The notes beneath the pieces were generated by a model that ran no database searches, was not told the origin of the DNA, and saw only the letters and a list, made by a program, of their open reading frames with translations. A program made the position numbers and the translations under genes. Shown piece after piece: positions 56,626 through 64,000 of a DNA stretch of 64,000 nucleotides. The stretch comes from Vicugna vicugna (lineage: Eukaryota): the NCBI GenBank assembly GCA_013265495.1, contig MU058781.1, forward strand, positions 6,228,522 to 6,292,521, read 5' to 3'. Within the stretch, counting starts at the first letter, position 1. Each line of letters opens with the position of its first letter.

Positions 56626-57234
56626 GAAACTGCACTCTTATGCTTAGTTATTAAACACCCGCCTTTCTGTAAAAGGCAGTAAATTTCCCCAGCCTATTTA
56701 TTACTGTATCGTGACTGTCTCGTGATAGGGTGGATCTCCTTTAATCCCCTAAAAAGAGATATACTGTCATTTAAGTTTTCCTTGCGGGACGAGGTGACTT
56801 TTCTGATGCAGCAACACGGCCGTTTCTGCCTGTCTTTTGCCGCCGCACTCTTGGTCCCTCTCCATTGCGCCCCCTACCGTTGGTGTGTTTGCCTCTTACA
56901 ACCTCCCCACTTCTGATTTCCGGCTGATCATCTTTTCTCTACATGAAGTGAGGCGCCTCAGCTGGCTAAGATTCTAAGTGGAGTTAACGAGCTCTGAATG
57001 ACTACCTGGAGACCCCGAGGGTTCATACCCTTCGGATTCTGTTTGACAATTACAGTGACCTGCAAAGCGTCTGCCGTTACCTGTGGCTGTCTCACCATCC
57101 AGTTGAGGAAACAAGGCCAAAACGCAAAACAATTAGAGAATCATCCAGGTTGAGCTAGAATCAAACACCGTGGGGAAATCAGGGAAAGGAGAGAAGTAGT
57201 GAATCCATCTTCAGCAGCAGACAAAAAAGGGCAC

Positions 57235-57455
57235 AGCACCGAGAGCAGCCAGGGGTTGAGAGCACAGACTGTGTCCCAGCTCGGCCCTCACTTGTTGCAT
57301 TCAGCTCCATAGCCCCTCCTGCCTCAGCTCCCACATCTAGAAAATAGGGGCGATAATATTATGGACATCATGCTATTTTTATGAGAGTTAAGTGAGTGCT
57401 TGTTTGTGAAATTCTTAAATTAGTGCTTGGCATATCATCAGTGTTCCTAAATGCT
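57235..57455 (+). mobile_element. MIR SINE
   Basis: TGCCTCAGCTCCCACATCTAGAAAATAGGG..AGTGCTTGGCATAT. Confidence 0.7.
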
Positions 57456-58445
57456 TTCAAACAAGTTGTGAAGACTGAGAGGTGGAGATTGTCAGCTACA
57501 TAGAACAGAGAGGAGCAGAGAGCCTGGGCTGAAAAGTGAGCCGGGCAGCCCAGTCAGAATCACATCCCACGTGCCCCATTGCTGAGCAAGTGTGCCCGGC
57601 CACACCTGACTGCTCACCGCCGTTTCTCTGAGGATCAGAATCAGTCTGGGTCCTGCTTTCCATTCTCCCTGAAAAGTAAAATTTACCTCTTCCCAAAAGG
57701 TCACAGATCCTTTTTTTTCCCCCTCATCAAATATCCCATTGACTTGGGTCTTCAAAGGCAACCCAAGAGGATTTTGGGAGACAGTTGTCACAGTCTTTGC
57801 ACCGTGACTGCTTTTGGCACATATGTGTTTATATTTGTGTGTACCTATTTGTACATAAGGATATCATTTCTCCTCTATTTCGGAAATGATCTGAAGCCAC
57901 TAGAGAAAGTTTTGTGAAATGGTGCCAATCATCTAGCAAAGGCTGGACTAATATGTACCGGATGACTATAAGAATAGCTTTGTGACACATGTGTTGTTTT
58001 GGCATGAGTTTGCTGAATCTGGGTGACTGTGCAGATTCCCACTGTGGTGTTAGCCACGTTCCCGGCACTGGCAGTAACCACAAAACCCCAGAGCTCATTT
58101 CCCCATGCCGTGATTACTTTTGGTGGCAGTGAGGCCTGGCAGGCGTGAGTAGGTAGAAATGGTCTGTGCTGTTACCAAAGTCCAAGGAGTGGCTAAGGTG
58201 GTGGTGGGTTTCAGGGTGGGGGTGGGGGTGGGCTGTTCCCTGCGGGATTCTGCAAATGCTGCCCCAGATCACTGAGAGCTGTGGATGGAAGCCACAAGGA
58301 GCAGTGCTGTCACTCATCATCTTGCTGGTGTTAGAATGTCATTTGCATTCCTCCCAAAATTCAATGCCAGGAGCATGTGATAAAGCTAGTGATAAAGCAG
58401 GTGATAAAGTCAGGAAATTGATTACATTTAGAAATAGGTTTCCTG

Positions 58446-58960
58446 GTGTGCAGATGCTGGGGGGGGTACCTTAATGCCCATTTTGCACCCTCTCAGCACC
58501 TCCTTTTGTTCTGCCTGTTGCCAAGGCGGCTGGGTGCCCTCCGGGGGAGCCTCAGCAGGGTGGCCCTTCTCTTGCTGACTGCCCGGAGCTCTCCACCTGG
58601 GATGTCTGTAGAGACCACTCAGCCAAAAAAATCTGCCACATACTGTACAGCTCTGGGATGGGAAGGAGTCAGCACTTTCAGAATAATCCTTGAGAACGAA
58701 AAGTCGGGTCAAGGAATAAATACTCCTGCTCCTTTTCTTTGGAAGATCCCAAAGAACATTCTAGAAGGTTTCTCAGAGGGGCCACAGTGGGCAAGATCCC
58801 CACTGATGACAGGAGTAACCAACTCAGTCATGCTTCCTTGAACTGGCTTTTCCTTCTCTCTGTTTCACTCTCCCCAGTGCCCCTTCCCACCTTCTATTTC
58901 TTGGGCTCAATTTTAAGGCGCTGACCCTGGTCTCAGGCTATGTATTTCCAGACTAAGCCA
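58446..58960 (+). mobile_element. LTR16-like (ERVL) solo LTR
   Basis: TGTGCAGATGCTG start, GAATAAATACTCCTGCTCC, GTCTCAGGCT..CAGACTAAGCCA end. Confidence 0.65.
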
Positions 58961-60794
58961 GCAGGGATGACCATGAGAGCCATATGGTATAAGCCTTTCA
59001 TGGATTTTACTCAACGATCTGTGACAATATTACCACACAGAGCTCTTAAAGAGGAAAATGGATTTCAATTCACTGTACATTATGCTACTATGTGCTTGTT
59101 GCTAACAGTATCTGTAACAACCAACTGTCCTCAAATAGCAGGCTTGCAAAATTCAAGCAAGTCTTACAAAAGGAGGGCATTTAAAATTGCTCCAAAATGG
59201 GTAAGAGGAAAATTATCGTGATTAGGGAACAGGAAATTTAGCAAATCCCTCTTATTATTGAGTTTAATGGTGTTTCTTCTTCCAAACTAATATGTGACTA
59301 AAATGTGTGGTGCCCTTAAGAAGGAATTGTCAGTTTAATTCCCAGAATTTCATTTCTTAGTGGAAAACTGCCTACATTTCACACAAAGTCATCTGCTGAC
59401 ACTTGCACGAGTGTGTTCGTAGGACCACCTTGAGACCCACAAGGAACCAGACTTCTTCTGGTCATAACGTGTCCTCATCCCATATCATCAGAGGAAAAAA
59501 CTCTTTCATAATTAAAGAGAATATGATCAAACCATGCAGTCAAAACCAATACTCCTATTTTTAAGTGATATATTTGAGGTCCAATTCATAGTTTTGTTAT
59601 CAGGGTTGCTGCTGTCTTTAAAGGGAGAGATGCTAAAAAGAATGTGTCAAGAAACTTATTTTAAGTACTTTTAATTTTGATTCAAGGGGAAAAAATGAAT
59701 GAATCAGAGGTAAGAAGGCAATAAAGATGATAAGACAGCAACAGAAAAAAATGCTAGATGGTCAATGAACAGCTCTGAAAACTTAAGAAAATTGGGGAGC
59801 AGAGGAGACTTTAAGTCTAGTTTCCTCATTTAGAACTAAGACTTGGAAAGCACAGCAAGCCATTGCTTCTGTGGTCTAAAATAATAAATTCTAAAAATCT
59901 GATCTATTCCAGAATTCCTTATCCCTATCAGTTACTTCTTTGTTTAAATGCGTTATTTAAAACAAAATGAAATGAAACAAAGAGAAAAAAATGCACCTGT
60001 AAATCTGGGTAAGCCTTTATCCTGTATTTCCTCGTCAGATGAATTAATGCTGATGGAATTGGATATGAGGCAATAAATACATTTTGATCTTTTCAGTTGT
60101 CATCTGGAAGATAGTGCTGGAAAATAGAAGCAAAGCTCTGGGAGAACATATTCACCAGTTCAGTAGAGAATCTTGGTTAAACAAAAGGCAACATACACAA
60201 TATTGTAAATCAACTATATTTCTAAAAAAAAAAGGTGACATGAAACAATAAGTAACGTATAGAGTTCACATAGGGAAATTTAGTATATGTTAAGGTGATA
60301 TTTCAAATAAATGGGGGAATTTTGAATTATTCAATATATAGTATGAGGACAAGAAGGTAGATAGCTACCTGGAAAAAGTGAAATAAATCCGTATCACAGT
60401 CCTTGAACCAAAATAAATTCCAGATAGAAAGTGTATTTAAATGTAAACAATAAAACCATAGAGTATTAAAGAAAACAAAATAATTTTAAGTAATTATGCA
60501 GTGGCAAGAACTTTCTATGACTCAGAACACAAAAACTACAAAAAAGATACATTTAACTATGTGAAAACTACAAATTCTGCACAACAAAGTGAAAACAAAA
60601 ATCCGAGACAACCATCGAACAGAAAAAGAACTGCAACCCATATCACAGACATGGAGATCATTTCCTTACTATATAAAGACTTACAAGTGGCTCTTAAATA
60701 CATAAAAAGATTGTCAACCTTACACTAAAGGAAATACAAAATTAAACCCTAAAGAGACAGTCAGATTGACAGCTGTCAGTGAGGAGGGGACATG

Positions 60795-60940
60795 ACTTCT
60801 TAGATCTTACATGCATAGGAACCACCTGGAGATATGATTAACTTGCAGATTCTGATGGGTAAAGTCTGGGGTGGGGCCTGAGAATTTGCATTTCTAATAA
60901 GCTCCTGGGTGATGCCTGCCGGCCCACTGACAACACTCTG
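60795..60940. mobile_element. MER5A inserted in an old L1M fragment (~60250-61250, +)
   Basis: GCAGATTCTGAT..CTGGGGTGGGGCCTGAGAATTTGCATTTCTAATAAGCTCC. Confidence 0.85.
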
Positions 60941-61842
60941 CAGCATGCATTGCTGGCAGGCATGTATATTTATATTACCCATCTGGAGGGCAATTTGGTA
61001 ACATCTTTCAAAATACAAAGTGCACAGAGTAACAGCAATTCCACTTTAGTGACCCCACTGATGTATTCGTTTGTAGGCAAAGTCAGGAGCAACGGACACA
61101 ATTGAATATGCAGATGAGAGAAATCCATACAATCCAGATACAATCCATACAATTGAATATGCAGATGGGAAAAAGAATAAGGCTGATACTGATCCAGAAA
61201 AAATCTCCAAGACACTTTAATTTTATAAAGAAGTTTCAGAAAAGAAAAACCACATACATTTGTGCTTCTGTGTGTGTGTGTGTGTAGATGTGTGTGAGTG
61301 TGTAACTGCCTTATTGAATGAGCTAAAGACATAAGTGTTTTTTCCCCATCCCCACTACTTGTCCAAACCTGCTCTGACCTAGTTCTGCCTCAGACAGTCT
61401 CCATAACTTTTTCAGACACACTTGGTAACATACAGGCACACACAGAGAATTGCAAAGTGCTGTTTGCTTCCCGTGTAATTCTCTTTCTCTCTGCTCTGCC
61501 ACTCTGGGCAGATGGTCACAGCTTCCTGCCCTTAGACTGTTCAAATACGAATCACCAGGCATCATCCACTATTTTTCCCTTCAACTCAAGGAAACACACT
61601 TCAAGATCTCCAAGTCGACTCCTCTCCCCTCTCAGGTTTAAGGAGCAGTAAGGCAGAAACTTGTATCTTGTTTAAGCTACTATTTTTGGAGTCCACTGCT
61701 TGCTTCACTGACATGAATGTAGCTGTAGATCCTACAGCTATAGTCTCTAATATTAGAGCCCCTAAATTGGTAGCCTTGGCCATATCTGATAGCAGAGATA
61801 TTTGCGGGTTTTTTTTTTTTGGTTTTGTTCAAAAAAATGTTC

Positions 61843-62215
61843 CCAGCTTTATTGAGATATAACTGACACATAATATTGTGTAAGTTTAAGGTATACGCCA
61901 TGTTGATCTGATACACTTATCAGTTGCAAGATGATTACCATAATAGTATTAGTTACCACCTCCATCCCTTCGTGCAGTTACATTTCTGTTTTGTGCTGAG
62001 AACATTCAGGATGTCCTCTCTCAGCAACATTCAAGTATATGATACACAATTATTACCTACAATCACCAAGCTGTCCATTAGATACCCAAACTTGTTAACC
62101 TTATAACACCAAGTTTACACCCTTGGAGCGATGTCTCCCCATCCCCTACTCCTCAACTCCTGGTGACCACCACTCTACCCTCCGTTTCTGTGAATTTGTC
62201 TTTTTCAGATTTCAC
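61843..62215 (-). mobile_element. L1MA-type 3' end
   Basis: CAGCTTTATTGAGATATAACTGACA..TGTAAGTTTAAGGTATAC. Confidence 0.85.
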
Positions 62216-63269
62216 AAGAGTTGGACTCTCAGAGTATTCGTCAATATTCCCAAACTAGAAGAGCTGACATAAACCTCCAGATTGCTGACAATTTGAAAGA
62301 TCTGCCAAAACAGGGCTGCATTCCTCCTTGGCAATATGTGGCTGGAGTTAAGCCATGGTCATCCCTTTAGTGGAATCCACAGGTGCCGTGTTCCAACCAT
62401 TGCCTGGTGTCTTCGGTCCACTCGTTGTGATGCTGGCACCGTAGTCTGCCTTCCACCCCTGTTTCTTCCCCTGATGGACATTTGAATGTGTGCCACCTCC
62501 CCTACCACAGAGAGCATTAACCGTGGAGCAGGGCTGGCCCCAAGCAAAACTGCAGGGCTCCAGCACATCCTATTTCTTCTTAACTATCTTACCCTATTTA
62601 ACACCTCTACCCTCCTTCCAAACCCACCAACTTAGTACTTCCCAACTGTCCCCCTGCCCTGTTTCTGAAAGACAGGGCATCATCTCATCCACAATAAATT
62701 GTTAGTGATTAACACATCTTTGGGGGGAAAACAGCCAGAAGATGTTAGCATTTCCAAATGGTGAAACTCCAGCCAAGGTGACACTTCGATGAGTGAGGAG
62801 GGTCTTAGAGAACCACATCTTGTGGACAATTACTCCTTCTCCACTTTATGTCAGCCAGCTAAAATATTTGCCAAACTGTCAGAAGGACTGTTCCTTTTTG
62901 CTTCTCAGGCTAGTGGTTTGCCAAGGAATCCCAGCCCTTATTGGTTCTTCCTGGGAGAAATATTTAGATAATTCAGTCCTATTCTGAGATGGGGTGCCCT
63001 GTGGGTTCTAGCCTACAGAAGCTTAACATGTGCTCACGGTGCCATGTGGCTGTTAAGCATGCATGCGCGTGCACACACACACTTGAATATAAACTTAGCC
63101 TTAGATAAAGCATAAGAAGTAGTTTCATTGAAATCTTAACCCACATGTGGGGATTAGTACAGGTCATTCTGGGAGCCCACATATTATGAGGAACACTGGC
63201 AAGTGAAGAGCATTCGGAGGAAAGAAACCTGGAGAGGGGAGAGATTGGAACCACACCAGTAAAAAAGAG

Positions 63270-63600
63270 AAGGTTAAAGAAAAACTCAGTGGCTCCCTTC
63301 AGAGGTTTGAAGGGCTGTCACTGACAGGGAACCAGATGGATCAGGTTTCTGTTGTGCCAAAGAACAAACCAAGACCAATGGATAGATGTTAAGAGATGAG
63401 AGTGGGAGGCGATTTTGGCTCAGGAACTAAATTTAACAGCTACGAGCTAGAGATTAGAGGAAAATGGCTTTCCCTTTTCCTAAAAATATCCCAGGAGAGG
63501 CTGTTTGACCATCTGTTTGGAATGCTATAGAAAGAATTCTTACAATAGTTGCTGGCCTGATTCGACTTCGCTGGGACTCTTCATACTGAATTCCACTTTT
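63270..63600 (+). mobile_element. L3/CR1 LINE fragment
   Basis: TTGAAGGGCTGTCA..AGACCAATGG..AGAGGCTG..GACCATCTGT..GGAATGCTATAG. Confidence 0.55.
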
Positions 63601-64000
63601 GTGTGATTCTGCTTGCATTTCGCAGAGAACATATCATCCACAAACGCAGGATAATGTCTCTACCTATTCCATTTGAACAGTGGTGTAATCATTCAGGTCC
63701 AATTACACCAATGTTCTCTTTCAGACCCAGCACCTGTGATTTCTGCAGTTTTGCCTCTGTGCCCCTTTATTCCTGTTGTCACTAAGCATGTGAGATAGAT
63801 TTTCACTCAGCGGGTTTTTCCTAAGCACTCTTGCAAAGAAAATGATGTGGCCAATTGTTTGTATTGCGGATAGCCTTTTTCTGTCCCCAGGATATGGCCA
63901 ACATATTTATGACTCACATTCACAGGACAGAAGGATTGTTCTGGCTTGTGCTTTTACTTCTTTTGGCCAACTGGGGGAGTTATTTATAAACATTTATTGA

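Noticed and set aside
61098..61167. Repeated ACAATTGAATATGCAGATG with spacer
   Set aside because: A local slippage duplication within old L1 sequence; two copies only, not an array.

Overview
This is mammalian genomic DNA, almost certainly camelid (camel/alpaca/llama), because it carries tRNA-derived Vic-1-type SINEs. It contains one complete protein-coding gene on the + strand, STMND1 (stathmin domain containing 1). The five coding exons (1520-1600, 10105-10285, 13983-14134, 20527-20658, 21346-21630) join into an intact 831-nt ORF encoding 276 aa. The gene has a CpG-island promoter with clustered RFX X-boxes, and intron 3 appears to be GC-AG. The remaining ~42 kb is intergenic (toward RBM24 by recalled human synteny) and is dense in L1, L2, MIR, CR1, MaLR/ERVL LTRs and hAT fossils, with several CTCF-like motifs and candidate enhancers. 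Most ORFs in the supplied track look spurious. I see no convincing wholly new biological system. The best leads are (1) unusual splicing around exon 4, where a GC donor precedes a recursive-splice-like AG|GTGAG acceptor, (2) a ~280-bp diverged duplication placing a copy of the poly(A) region inside intron 4, and (3) several informative retrotransposition structures. Repeat family names come from memory of consensus sequences, and their boundaries are approximate.
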